From an uncultured Bacillales bacterium (GTDB lineage: Bacteria > Bacillota_I > Bacilli_A > RF39 > UBA660): a stretch of DNA of 38,105 nucleotides. Shown piece after piece: positions 1-8,603 of the stretch. Numbering within the stretch: position 1 is the stretch's first letter; every line of letters begins with the position of its first letter. The notes under the pieces were generated by a model. The model made no database searches. It worked only from the letters and a program-made list of their open reading frames with translations, and had not been told where the DNA came from. Both the position numbers and the translations under genes were made by a program. The DNA lies in assembly GCA_946629545.1 (NCBI GenBank), contig CAMOXZ010000002.1, positions 1-38,105 on the forward strand. Direction: 5' to 3'.

Positions 1-2
1 AT

Positions 3-770
3 GATGGAATAATAGTATGGAACTATAGACCAGATAGATTAAGAGAAATGTTTACGGCTATTACCAATCCAGAAGAGTCTCCTATGGAAACAACAACATT
101 TAATAATATTAAGTTTGTTTCTATGATGCCTATTTGTGATACAGTTAAAGGATTAACTGCATTCACTCATCAAGAAATAACTAATGGTTTAGGAGAATAC
201 TTATCTAACTTAGGATTAAATCAATTAAGAATAGCTGAAACAGAAAAGTATGCTCATGTTACACATTTCTTTGATGGAGATAAAGATGTAGATTTAAATG
301 GAAAGAAACAAATACTTATCCCATCTCCTAAAGTAGCTACTTATGATTTAAAACCAGAAATGAGTGCAGAAGAAGTAACTGATACATTATTAGCTGAATT
401 AGATAAAGATTATTTAGACTTTGTAGTATTAAACTATGCTAATGGAGATATGGTAGGGCATACTGGAGTATATGAAGCTGCTAAAACAGCAGTAGAGTTT
501 GTAGATAAATGTTTAAAAAGAGTTTATGATAAAGTTACTGAATTAGATGGAACAATTATAGTAACAGCTGATCATGGTAACTGTGATGTAATGTTAAATC
601 CTGATGGAACAATCTGTACAACACATACAACAAACCCAGTACCATTTATGATAAATAAGAAATTAGAATTAAAAGAACATGGTAAATTAGCAGACGTAGC
701 TCCAACAATTCTAACACTTATGAATATTCCAATTCCAGTAGAAATAAATGGAGAAAGTTTAATTAAATAA
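3..770 (+). CDS. gpmI: 2,3-bisphosphoglycerate-independent phosphoglycerate mutase, C-terminal part (5' end lies outside the window)
   Basis: The frame is open from the window edge (DGIIVWNYRPDRLREMF...). Motifs LNYANGDMVGHTG and VTADHGNCD are typical of iPGM. A terminator follows. Confidence 0.9.
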   Translation, partial: DGIIVWNYRPDRLREMFTAITNPEESPMETTTFNNIKFVSMMPICDTVKGLTAFTHQEITNGLGEYLSNLGLNQLRIAETEKYAHVTHFFDGDKDVDLNGKKQILIPSPKVATYDLKPEMSAEEVTDTLLAELDKDYLDFVVLNYANGDMVGHTGVYEAAKTAVEFVDKCLKRVYDKVTELDGTIIVTADHGNCDVMLNPDGTICTTHTTNPVPFMINKKLELKEHGKLADVAPTILTLMNIPIPVEINGESLIK

Positions 771-792
771 AGAGATAATATCTCTTTTTTTA
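771..792 (+). terminator. Intrinsic terminator after gpmI
   Basis: AGAGAT/ATCTCT hairpin followed by a T-run. Confidence 0.6.
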
Positions 793-838
793 TGTCATAA
801 AATAGTATATAATTATATATATAAAGTAGGTGATGGCT

Positions 839-1948
839 ATGGCAAAAGAAGAAACTAAAAAGAAGAAAAAAGAAGACACATTAGAGAATAGATGTCCTTC
901 TTGTAAAGCCTCAATCAAATTCAATCCTAAATTAGGTAAATGGAAATGTGATTACTGTGGCAGTGAATTTACATTAGAAGAAATGCAAGCACATTCTGAC
1001 AATGCATCAGGTGAAAAGAAAAACAGAAAAGATGCTAAAGTAGAAGATGATAATATTGAATATGTAGAGTACCATTGTGAAAGTTGTGGAGCAGAAATCA
1101 TAGCTGACTCTGAAACAGCTGCAACATTCTGTGTATATTGTGGTAATACTGCTATACTTCAAAGTAAATTATCAGGTAAATTTTCACCAGATTTAGTTAT
1201 TCCATTTAAGAATACAAAAGAAGATGCAATAACTGCATTTAAAGGTTTATCTAAAGGTAGACCATTAATGCCTAAAGACTTTAATAATGAACAAAACATT
1301 GAAAAGATTAGAGGTATCTATATACCATTCTGGCTATTCGATATAAATAATAGTGGAGATATAGAAATGAGTGCTACCACTGTAGAAACATGGAGAATAG
1401 GAGATACTCATTACACTAAAACTAATTATTATAGAGTAATTCGTGGTGGAACTATGGATTATATTAAAGTACCAATAGATGGTTCAACAAGATTTGATAA
1501 TGCAATTATGAATACAATAGAACCATTTGATTATAATGAATTAGTAAAATATAATCATGCATATCTATCAGGTTTCTATGCTGAAAAATATGATCAAGAA
1601 GCAAAAGATGTTTATGCAGAAGCTGCAGATAGAAGTATTAATTCAACTAAAGAAGTATTTAAAAATGATACAAGAGTATATGCTACAAAAACAATTGTAA
1701 AAGATAGTATAATTGCTAAAGAAAATAATAGATACTATGCAATGTTACCAGTATGGATGGTAAATGTTAAGTATAAAGATAAAATGTATATATTTGCTAT
1801 GAATGGTCAAACAGGAGAATTCATAGGAGATATACCATTAGATGTAGGCAAAGCAATTCTATACTTCATATTAATATTTGCAGCAGCATTTGCGGGTGTT
1901 ATGATCTTAAGCCTAATAGTTTATGGTTTAGGAGGTGTAGTATTCTAA
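839..1948 (+). CDS. Double zinc-ribbon protein with a C-terminal transmembrane anchor, function unknown
   Basis: Two CxxC...CxxC pairs (CPSCK..CDYCG; CESCG..CVYCG) and a C-terminal hydrophobic helix. An AGGTGA RBS at 828-833 favours ATG 839 over GTG 830 or ATG 833. The stop overlaps the next start (TAATG). Confidence 0.6.
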   Translation: MAKEETKKKKKEDTLENRCPSCKASIKFNPKLGKWKCDYCGSEFTLEEMQAHSDNASGEKKNRKDAKVEDDNIEYVEYHCESCGAEIIADSETAATFCVYCGNTAILQSKLSGKFSPDLVIPFKNTKEDAITAFKGLSKGRPLMPKDFNNEQNIEKIRGIYIPFWLFDINNSGDIEMSATTVETWRIGDTHYTKTNYYRVIRGGTMDYIKVPIDGSTRFDNAIMNTIEPFDYNELVKYNHAYLSGFYAEKYDQEAKDVYAEAADRSINSTKEVFKNDTRVYATKTIVKDSIIAKENNRYYAMLPVWMVNVKYKDKMYIFAMNGQTGEFIGDIPLDVGKAILYFILIFAAAFAGVMILSLIVYGLGGVVF

Positions 1949-2889
1949 TGAAAAAAATATTTAATACAGTATTTATAGTACTTTTAGTATTCTTAAGTAC
2001 AATAAACGTATATGCCTCAACTAATACATTTAATAGAAATGAATTAGAAAACTATGGTGTTAATAAAAATATAGAAAACATTAATAGTAAACTTAGTTAT
2101 ATATTAAATACTAAGAAAGTAGATGCAAGTGAAAAAATATATGACTTCTCAGATATCTTAACAGACGAAGAAGAAGAACTTTTAAAGACACAAATAGACA
2201 AGTTCATAGAAGATAATAATATGGATATGGTAATTGTAACTGACAGTTTTGCTTATTCTTATGATAAAAAGAATGAAGAATATGCAGATGACTTTTATGA
2301 TTATAATGACTTTGGTCTTAATATTCAGTATTACAGTGGAGTGTTACTACTTAGAAATACATATTCATTAGATCCATATTATCATATGAGTACTTCTGGT
2401 AAAGCTCAATTATATTTAAATGATTCAAGAATAAATTATATATTAGATAATATATATGACGATATACATGAGGGTCGTTATTATGAAGGATTCAGTAAGT
2501 GGATTGCATATACAGATAATTATGTAAAGCAAGGAATGCCTTCAACAGCAGGTAATTACTATTTAGATAGTAATGGTAATATGCATAGAGCTAAACTTAA
2601 GTATCATGCACCATGGGGCATAGCATTTATTGCAGGTATAGTTGTAGCTTTAACAATTATCCTAATAATGGTAGCTAAAAACAAAATGGTTAAGAAAGCT
2701 AGAAAAGCTTCTGAATACTTAGATCAAGGTTCAATAAATATCACTAAAAGAGAAGATACATTCTTACGTTCTCATACAACAAGTTATACAGTATCATCAA
2801 GTAGTGGTGGTGGTCATGGAGGTGGAGGACATTCATTCCACTCAGGATCATCTGGATTTAGTCATGGTGGCGGAGGCCGTCACGGTTAA
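1948..2889 (+). CDS. TPM-domain (YgcG-like) membrane protein with a Gly/His-rich C-terminal tail
   Basis: Signal peptide, then a TPM-like domain (IYDFSDILTDEEEELL..MVIVT), one TM helix, and the tail SSSGGGHGGGGHSFHSGSSGFSHGGGGRHG typical of YgcG-type proteins. Confidence 0.65.
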   Translation: MKKIFNTVFIVLLVFLSTINVYASTNTFNRNELENYGVNKNIENINSKLSYILNTKKVDASEKIYDFSDILTDEEEELLKTQIDKFIEDNNMDMVIVTDSFAYSYDKKNEEYADDFYDYNDFGLNIQYYSGVLLLRNTYSLDPYYHMSTSGKAQLYLNDSRINYILDNIYDDIHEGRYYEGFSKWIAYTDNYVKQGMPSTAGNYYLDSNGNMHRAKLKYHAPWGIAFIAGIVVALTIILIMVAKNKMVKKARKASEYLDQGSINITKREDTFLRSHTTSYTVSSSSGGGHGGGGHSFHSGSSGFSHGGGGRHG

Positions 2890-2961
2890 AAAAAACTATT
2901 TAATTTTCATTTAATATTTTAGTATTATATTAATAAAGAATAAATTGAAAAGAGGGATAAT

Positions 2962-4152
2962 ATGAACGAAAATAAGAAAAGTTCAAAAATAGTTATAATT
3001 ATAGTAATATCATTTATAGTATTAATACTAGTATCATTTGTAATAGCACTAAATAATGTAGGACTATTAAAAATAGATGCATTAAAAAACTTAGGAACAA
3101 CACAAAAAGCAGAATTAACATATACAGAAACAAATACTAAGATAAAAGAAGGAATATACATAATTGATGTATCAGACATAGTTGAAGAAGTAATGCCTTC
3201 AATAGTATCAATTACTAGTAAGACATTAGTAAGATCAGGATACTATGGTCCATTCTATAATTATGGTAATAGTAATACATATGCTACAGGAGCAGGTTCT
3301 GGAATTATTATTAGTAAAACAGATAATGAATTATTAATACTAACAAATAACCATGTCATTGAAGATGCTGAAGAATTATCAGTACAATTCGTAAATGAAA
3401 AAAGTGTAGATGCTACAGTAAAAGGAGCATCAGAAGATCGTGATGTAGCAGTAATAGCCATCAAAATGAGTGATTTAGATAATGATACTATTAACGCAAT
3501 TAAAATAGCTACACTAGGTGATAGTAATGAATTAAAAGTAGGTAACGGAATTATTGCTATAGGTAATGCCTTAGGTTATGGACAATCAGTAACTACTGGT
3601 GTAGTAAGTGCTCTAAATAGAGAAGTAAAAGTAGATAATGTATCAACTAAAATGATTCAAATAGATGCTGCTATAAATGGTGGTAATAGTGGAGGAGCTC
3701 TATTAAATAACAAAGGTGAAGTAGTAGGAATCAACTCTGCTAAGTATTCATCAAGTGTAACAAGTACAAGTGCTTCAATAGAAGGAATGGGATTTGCAAT
3801 TCCAATATCTGATGTAAAAGATTTAATAACTGCATTAATGAATGGTGAAGAAGCACCACAAAATGGAGTAATTGGAATTGAAGGTTATATGGTAACTTCC
3901 ACTCAGGCATCATCATACAATATGCCAGAAGGATTATATATATCTAAGATAGTTTCTGGTAGTGGTGCAGATAAAGCAGGATTAGAAATAGGAAATATAA
4001 TTGTTGGAATAGATGGTAAAGAAGTAACAAAAATCTCTGTCATAACAGATTACTTAACTACAAAGAAAAAAGGAGATAAAATAACTTTAAAAATTAAATA
4101 TATTTCAGGAAAAGAATATAAAGAAAAAGCAGTTGAAGTAACATTATCATAA
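2962..4152 (+). CDS. HtrA/DegP-family serine protease (S1C) with a C-terminal PDZ domain
   Basis: N-terminal TM anchor. Catalytic triad contexts are NNHVIED, DRDVAVI and GNSGGALLN. A PDZ-like C-terminus is present (GLEIGNIIVGIDGKEV). Confidence 0.9.
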   Translation: MNENKKSSKIVIIIVISFIVLILVSFVIALNNVGLLKIDALKNLGTTQKAELTYTETNTKIKEGIYIIDVSDIVEEVMPSIVSITSKTLVRSGYYGPFYNYGNSNTYATGAGSGIIISKTDNELLILTNNHVIEDAEELSVQFVNEKSVDATVKGASEDRDVAVIAIKMSDLDNDTINAIKIATLGDSNELKVGNGIIAIGNALGYGQSVTTGVVSALNREVKVDNVSTKMIQIDAAINGGNSGGALLNNKGEVVGINSAKYSSSVTSTSASIEGMGFAIPISDVKDLITALMNGEEAPQNGVIGIEGYMVTSTQASSYNMPEGLYISKIVSGSGADKAGLEIGNIIVGIDGKEVTKISVITDYLTTKKKGDKITLKIKYISGKEYKEKAVEVTLS

Positions 4153-4179
4153 AAAAGCAATTAATAGTTGCTTTTTTTA
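4153..4179 (+). terminator. Intrinsic terminator after the protease gene
   Basis: AGCAA/TTGCT stem followed by TTTTTTT. Confidence 0.6.
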
Positions 4180-4188
4180 TGCTATAAT
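4180..4188 (+). promoter_or_regulatory. Extended -10 element (TGcTATAAT) upstream of the XRE-regulator operon
   Basis: Exact TGnTATAAT about 90 nt upstream of ATG 4281. Confidence 0.4.
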
Positions 4189-4280
4189 CTAATTGTTAAT
4201 ATAAGTTGACAAATTTCCAAGAACTGTTGGTAGAACGCAACCGGTTAATAGTGTAATATTTTTGTCATGGAGGTGATAGT

Positions 4281-4919
4281 ATGTCTTTAGGAGAAAGACT
4301 ATACGAATTGAGAAAAAAGAAAGGATTATCTCAAGAAGAAGTAGCAGAAAAATTAAATGTTACTAGACAATCAGTATCAAAATGGGAAACAGATGAATCT
4401 AAACCTGATTTTGATAAAATAGTTCCTATATGCGAACTATATGAAATATCAACTAATGAATTACTTAGTGGAACACAAGAAGAAAAGGAAGAAAAAGAAG
4501 TAGAAGTTATTAATAAGGATAATAAAAAGAAAAGAGCTATCTTTATTTCAATAGCTGTATTCCTATACTTCCTAGCGATTATTTGGATTATGATATCTGA
4601 AACTACATTCAATCTAAATGATGGTATTGTAGTAGGAGGATTCTTCCTAATATGTGGTATAGCTACATGTTTATTAATTTATCAAGGTATTGTAATAAGT
4701 ACTACAATAGCCAAAAAGAAAAAAGAAAAAACAGTAAATGAAAAGAAATTAGATGGAATTATAGAATTAACTGCAATCATATTTACAATTATCTATTTAT
4801 TAGTCAGTTTCTTTACTGGTGCATGGCACATCACTTGGATATTATGGTTAGTATTTGCTGCAGTAGAAGCAATAATTAAAATAGTATTTGCTTCAAAAGG
4901 AGAAGATAATAATGAATAG
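4281..4919 (+). CDS. XRE-family helix-turn-helix regulator fused to a multi-pass membrane domain
   Basis: N-terminal HTH_3 signature (LRKKKGLSQEEVAEKLNVTRQSVSKWE), followed by about 4 hydrophobic helices. Confidence 0.8.
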   Translation: MSLGERLYELRKKKGLSQEEVAEKLNVTRQSVSKWETDESKPDFDKIVPICELYEISTNELLSGTQEEKEEKEVEVINKDNKKKRAIFISIAVFLYFLAIIWIMISETTFNLNDGIVVGGFFLICGIATCLLIYQGIVISTTIAKKKKEKTVNEKKLDGIIELTAIIFTIIYLLVSFFTGAWHITWILWLVFAAVEAIIKIVFASKGEDNNE

Positions 4920-5742
4920 TGCATTAAATATTATTAAAATAATTCTATTAGCATTCATTGCAGTAGCTCTAACAATAGTATTAATAGTATTATTAAATGG
5001 AAAAATTAAAATTAAAGGAATAGACTTATACGAAAAAACAGAATTAGTATATGAAAATAATTTTACTGAAGAAATATCTAATTTAAATATTATAACTACA
5101 AACAATGATGTAAAAATTGAAGAAAAAGAAGTAGAAGCAATTGAAGTAAGAATCTATGATAGAAAAGATGCTAAACCAGAAGCATATGTAGAAAACAATA
5201 CATTATATATTAATAATAAAGATGAAGTAAGAATAGGATTTTCATTTGGAATAAATGGTAGTTCAAGAATAGTAATTACTGTTCCAAAAAATACAACTTA
5301 TAATTTAGATGTAGAAGGTACTTCTTCTGATATAGATTCATTAATTAATTTAAAAGATGTAAATATTAATGTAGTAAGTGGAGATATTAATTTAAAAGAT
5401 TCTCTTGATACAGTAATTAAAACAACAAGCGGAGATGTTGAGTTAGGAACTACTAATAAATTATCTATAAATACAAAGAGTGGAGATGTAGATATTAACT
5501 CAGTAAATTCTAAATTAACAATAGAAGTAATAAGTGGAGATATTAATATTAATAAAGTAAATTTAACAAAAGATTCTACTATTAAAACAATAAGTGGCGA
5601 TGTAACAATAGGTACAACAAATAGAATTTATGTTGATGCACATACTGTTTCCGGAGATATAAAAGTAAATACTAATGATCGTAAATCTGACTATGAATTA
5701 AAAATTAATACAACAAGTGGAGATATAAAAGTAAATAACTAG
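4912..5742 (+). CDS. DUF4097-like (putative adhesin / beta-helix repeat) membrane-anchored protein
   Basis: N-terminal TM helix, then repeated (T/V)SGD(I/V) units (SGDINLK, SGDVELG, SGDVDIN, SGDININ, SGDVTIG, SGDIKVN x2). A GGAG RBS precedes ATG 4912. There is an 8-nt ATGAATAG overlap with the upstream gene. Confidence 0.7.
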   Translation: MNSALNIIKIILLAFIAVALTIVLIVLLNGKIKIKGIDLYEKTELVYENNFTEEISNLNIITTNNDVKIEEKEVEAIEVRIYDRKDAKPEAYVENNTLYINNKDEVRIGFSFGINGSSRIVITVPKNTTYNLDVEGTSSDIDSLINLKDVNINVVSGDINLKDSLDTVIKTTSGDVELGTTNKLSINTKSGDVDINSVNSKLTIEVISGDININKVNLTKDSTIKTISGDVTIGTTNRIYVDAHTVSGDIKVNTNDRKSDYELKINTTSGDIKVNN

Positions 5743-5766
5743 TAAGAATACTTACTAGTTTTTTAT
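5738..5766 (+). terminator. Intrinsic terminator
   Basis: ACTAGTAAG/CTTACTAGT 9-bp stem followed by a T-run. Confidence 0.7.
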
Positions 5767-5777
5767 TTAAAAAAGTA

Positions 5778-5805
5778 TTGACAAAGCAAACAAATTTAGT
5801 ATAAT
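5778..5805 (+). promoter_or_regulatory. Sigma-A-type promoter for tRNA-Gly
   Basis: TTGACA (5778-5783), 16-nt spacer, TATAAT (5800-5805). Confidence 0.6.
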
Positions 5806-5874
5806 TAAATATGTCTACTTTTTTAGTCGACTTAGCTGTTCGGAAATTTTAGGCTGAGGCGATTAAAGACATAT

Positions 5875-5948
5875 GCGGATGTAGTTTAATGGTAGAACCT
5901 CAGCCTTCCAAGCTGACTACGTGGGTTCGATTCCCATCATCCGCTCCA
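5875..5948 (+). tRNA. tRNA-Gly (anticodon UCC), CCA encoded
   Basis: Cloverleaf read by hand. Acceptor GCGGATG/CATCCGC, anticodon stem TCAGC/GCTGA, loop CTTCCAA, T-arm TGGGTTCGATTCCCA, 3' TCCA. Confidence 0.93.
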
Positions 5949-5960
5949 TTAAGTAGATTA

Positions 5961-5989
5961 AGATCTATCTTCGGATAGGTCTTTTTTTT
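5961..5989 (+). terminator. Intrinsic terminator after tRNA-Gly
   Basis: 9-bp stem AGATCTATC/GATAGGTCT (one G-U pair) with a UUCG tetraloop and 8 T. Confidence 0.8.
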
Positions 5990-6018
5990 GTAATAAAATG
6001 AACCCAACGTAGTAAATC

Positions 6019-6047
6019 TTGGAATTCCTTATTATATATGTTATAAT
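6019..6047 (+). promoter_or_regulatory. Promoter for the orphan ATPase gene
   Basis: TTGGAA, 17-nt spacer, TATAAT with an upstream TG (TGtTATAAT at 6039-6047). Confidence 0.5.
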
Positions 6048-6068
6048 TCAAATAAGGGAGTTTTAGGT

Positions 6069-7043
6069 ATGGAAACAAAAAGTATAAAAATAAAAAATGG
6101 AAGAGATCTAATTAATAGTGAAGAATATGTAAGAGAACCAGTAGATAAGAAAATAAACGAAATACTTTCATCAAATAAAAGAAGAATTATTTTAGCTGGA
6201 AATAGAGGAACAGGCAAAAGTACTGTTTTATATGCTATGCAAAATAGAGGATTAGGTACAAAAGAACAAACAATTATTATGACGCCTGATCCACTCACAT
6301 TTATGACAAAAGAACCATCAGAAAAATTTAATGAAGAATTATTTGATTATATTTATGGAGCAATATTTGTAAATAATATATTATGCTATGTAAAAAATAA
6401 TTATCCACTAGCTTTTGAAAAGTATTTTAAAAAAGATAAAGAATTATTAAGTAAATTATTACATGAATTTGATGAACAATTAAATAACTGCTGGTATGAT
6501 GATACCGTTTTTACAACTAGTAAAGCAGCAAGTGAAATATTATATAGAACTGTAGAAAAGATTTATGATAAATTAAATGTAAAAAAATTAAATATAGCAA
6601 TTGATAGATTTGATGAAATTAATAGTTCTAGTGAATATGTACAAAAATTATATGAAAAATACTTTGATTTATTTGATCAAACAATAATAGCGATAAAAGA
6701 TCCCCATATAGATAAAATAAAATTATCTACTTCTGGATATGATATTCAAAAAATCACATATGGTAAGAATAAAGATGTCTTAAGAGAAATAATAAAGAGA
6801 AGAATAGCAAACGATGACGGAAAACAACAACTTTATACACAAGATATCTTTATAAATAAACTAACAAAAAAAGGCGATAATATTAATTTTTCACTGAATG
6901 TTTTAAGATATGTGGATAGAATTTTAGATTGGGACGGAAAAAGTGATGATATTGAAGAATTAATAGATAAAGCTGCAAAATATCAAAAAGATGAAGATAA
7001 AAAACTACAAAAAATAATAAGAAAATCAACTTTATACATATAA
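6069..7043 (+). CDS. Orphan P-loop NTPase (AAA/ORC-like ATPase), function unknown
   Basis: Walker A at ILAGNRGTGKSTVLY and a Walker B-like NIAIDRFDE. I recognise no other domain. AAGGGAG RBS. Confidence 0.6.
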   Translation: METKSIKIKNGRDLINSEEYVREPVDKKINEILSSNKRRIILAGNRGTGKSTVLYAMQNRGLGTKEQTIIMTPDPLTFMTKEPSEKFNEELFDYIYGAIFVNNILCYVKNNYPLAFEKYFKKDKELLSKLLHEFDEQLNNCWYDDTVFTTSKAASEILYRTVEKIYDKLNVKKLNIAIDRFDEINSSSEYVQKLYEKYFDLFDQTIIAIKDPHIDKIKLSTSGYDIQKITYGKNKDVLREIIKRRIANDDGKQQLYTQDIFINKLTKKGDNINFSLNVLRYVDRILDWDGKSDDIEELIDKAAKYQKDEDKKLQKIIRKSTLYI

Positions 7044-7056
7044 AGTTGGTTTTTTA
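7027..7056 (+). terminator. Intrinsic terminator
   Basis: CAACTTTA/TAAAGTTG 8-bp stem overlapping the stop codon, followed by a T-run. Confidence 0.65.
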
Positions 7057-7126
7057 TTTTTATTATATAAATAATTATTGTTAATATAATAAAAATTTGT
7101 TAAAATAAGGTGAATGAGGTGTTAAT

Positions 7127-8551
7127 ATGAATAATGATTCAATAACAAAAAGAAGCGAAGACTTTGCTAAATGGTATACAGATGTAGTACGTGCAGCAAA
7201 ACTAGCAGACTATACTTCAGTAAAAGGATGTATAGCTATTGAACCTAATGGATATGCTATTTGGGAAAAAATACAATCTATTATGGATAAAAAATTTAAA
7301 GAACTAGGACACGTAAATGTACAAATGCCGTTACTTATCCCAGAAAATTTATTTAATCAAGAAAAAGAACTAATTGAAGGATTTGCTCCAGAACTAGTTT
7401 GGGTTACTGAAGTAGGGGATAAGAAATTTGATGAAAGATTCGCAATAAGATCAACTTCTGAAACAGTATTCTGTGATTATTATAAAAAACATATCACTTC
7501 TTATAAAGATTTACCAAAATTATATAATCAATGGTGTAACGTATTTAGATATGAAAAAGAAACTAGACCATTTTTAAGAAGTAGAGAATTCTTATGGCAA
7601 GAAGGTCATACTGTTCATGCTACAGCAGAAGAAGCAGAAAAAGAGACTAAACAAATGATGGATGTATATGAATGGTTCAATCATGAAATATTAGCTATCC
7701 CATCAATTACTGGTAAGAAGACAAATAAAGAAAAATTTGCAGGAGCTGAATATACATTAACTAATGAAGACTTAATGTATAATGGTGTATGTCTACAAGA
7801 TGGAACTAGTCATTACTTTGGACAAAAATTCTCTAAAGCATATGATGTTAAATTTACTAATAAAGATAATAAAGATGAATATGCATACTATACTACTTGG
7901 GGAAAAACAACTAGAGCTATTGCTGCAATCATTATGGTACATGCTGATGATTATGGATTAGTATTACCTCCAAGAATTGCTCCAAAACAAGTAGTAATTA
8001 TCCCAATAGGAAATGATCCTAAAGTAGATGAACTTGCTAATAAGTATAAGGATGAATTATTAAAGAATGATGTAACTGCTTATATTGATGATTCAGAAAA
8101 ATCTCCAGGATTTAAATTTGCAGAAGCAGAAGTAAATGGTATTCCTATTAGAATAGAAGTAGGTAAGCGTGATTTAGAAAATAATAAAGTTACTTTTGTA
8201 AGACGTGATACAAGAGAAAAAATAGAAAAAACATTAGATGTTAATGTAGTAGAATTTACTAAAGAACTATTAGAAACAATTCAAAAAGATATGTATGATA
8301 GAGCACTAGAAAGAAGAGAACAATTAACTTTCGAAGCACACAATCTAGAAGATATGGAAAGAATTCTTAATACACAACCAGGATTTATTCATGCTATGTG
8401 GTGTGGTGATGAAGCTTGTGAAACAAGAATTAAAGAAATTAAGGGTTGTAAATCAAGATGTATTGTTGAAAACGGTGAAAAGATTGATGATAAATGTGTT
8501 TGCTGTGGAAAAGAAGCTAAACATCATGTTATCTGGGGAATTCAATATTAA
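7127..8551 (+). CDS. proS: Prolyl-tRNA synthetase, archaeal/eukaryote-like type (no INS editing domain)
   Basis: Class II aaRS motifs (FRYEKETRPFLRSREFLWQEGH; GTSHYFGQ). The 474-aa length and the C-terminal Cys cluster (WCGDEACE...CVCCGKEA) are typical of the short ProRS form. Confidence 0.92.
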   Translation: MNNDSITKRSEDFAKWYTDVVRAAKLADYTSVKGCIAIEPNGYAIWEKIQSIMDKKFKELGHVNVQMPLLIPENLFNQEKELIEGFAPELVWVTEVGDKKFDERFAIRSTSETVFCDYYKKHITSYKDLPKLYNQWCNVFRYEKETRPFLRSREFLWQEGHTVHATAEEAEKETKQMMDVYEWFNHEILAIPSITGKKTNKEKFAGAEYTLTNEDLMYNGVCLQDGTSHYFGQKFSKAYDVKFTNKDNKDEYAYYTTWGKTTRAIAAIIMVHADDYGLVLPPRIAPKQVVIIPIGNDPKVDELANKYKDELLKNDVTAYIDDSEKSPGFKFAEAEVNGIPIRIEVGKRDLENNKVTFVRRDTREKIEKTLDVNVVEFTKELLETIQKDMYDRALERREQLTFEAHNLEDMERILNTQPGFIHAMWCGDEACETRIKEIKGCKSRCIVENGEKIDDKCVCCGKEAKHHVIWGIQY

Positions 8552-8577
8552 AACTTATCAATTGATAAGTTTTTTTA
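8551..8577 (+). terminator. Intrinsic terminator after proS
   Basis: Perfect 20-nt palindrome AACTTATCAATTGATAAGTT followed by a T-run. Confidence 0.75.
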
Positions 8578-8603
8578 TGATATAATAACAATAGGTGATA
8601 AGA

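Noticed and set aside
7044-7126. T-box leader upstream of proS.
   Set aside because: The gap is only 83 nt and is occupied by a terminator and an AT-rich promoter region. There is no specifier-loop or T-box (GGGTGGTACC-like) sequence.
5949-7126. Integrated genomic islet at tRNA-Gly (an att duplication of the tRNA 3' end).
   Set aside because: I could not find any copy of the tRNA 3' segment (GGGTTCGATTCCCATCATCCGC) or a substantial part of it downstream of the ATPase gene. There is no integrase, and the composition is like the flanks.
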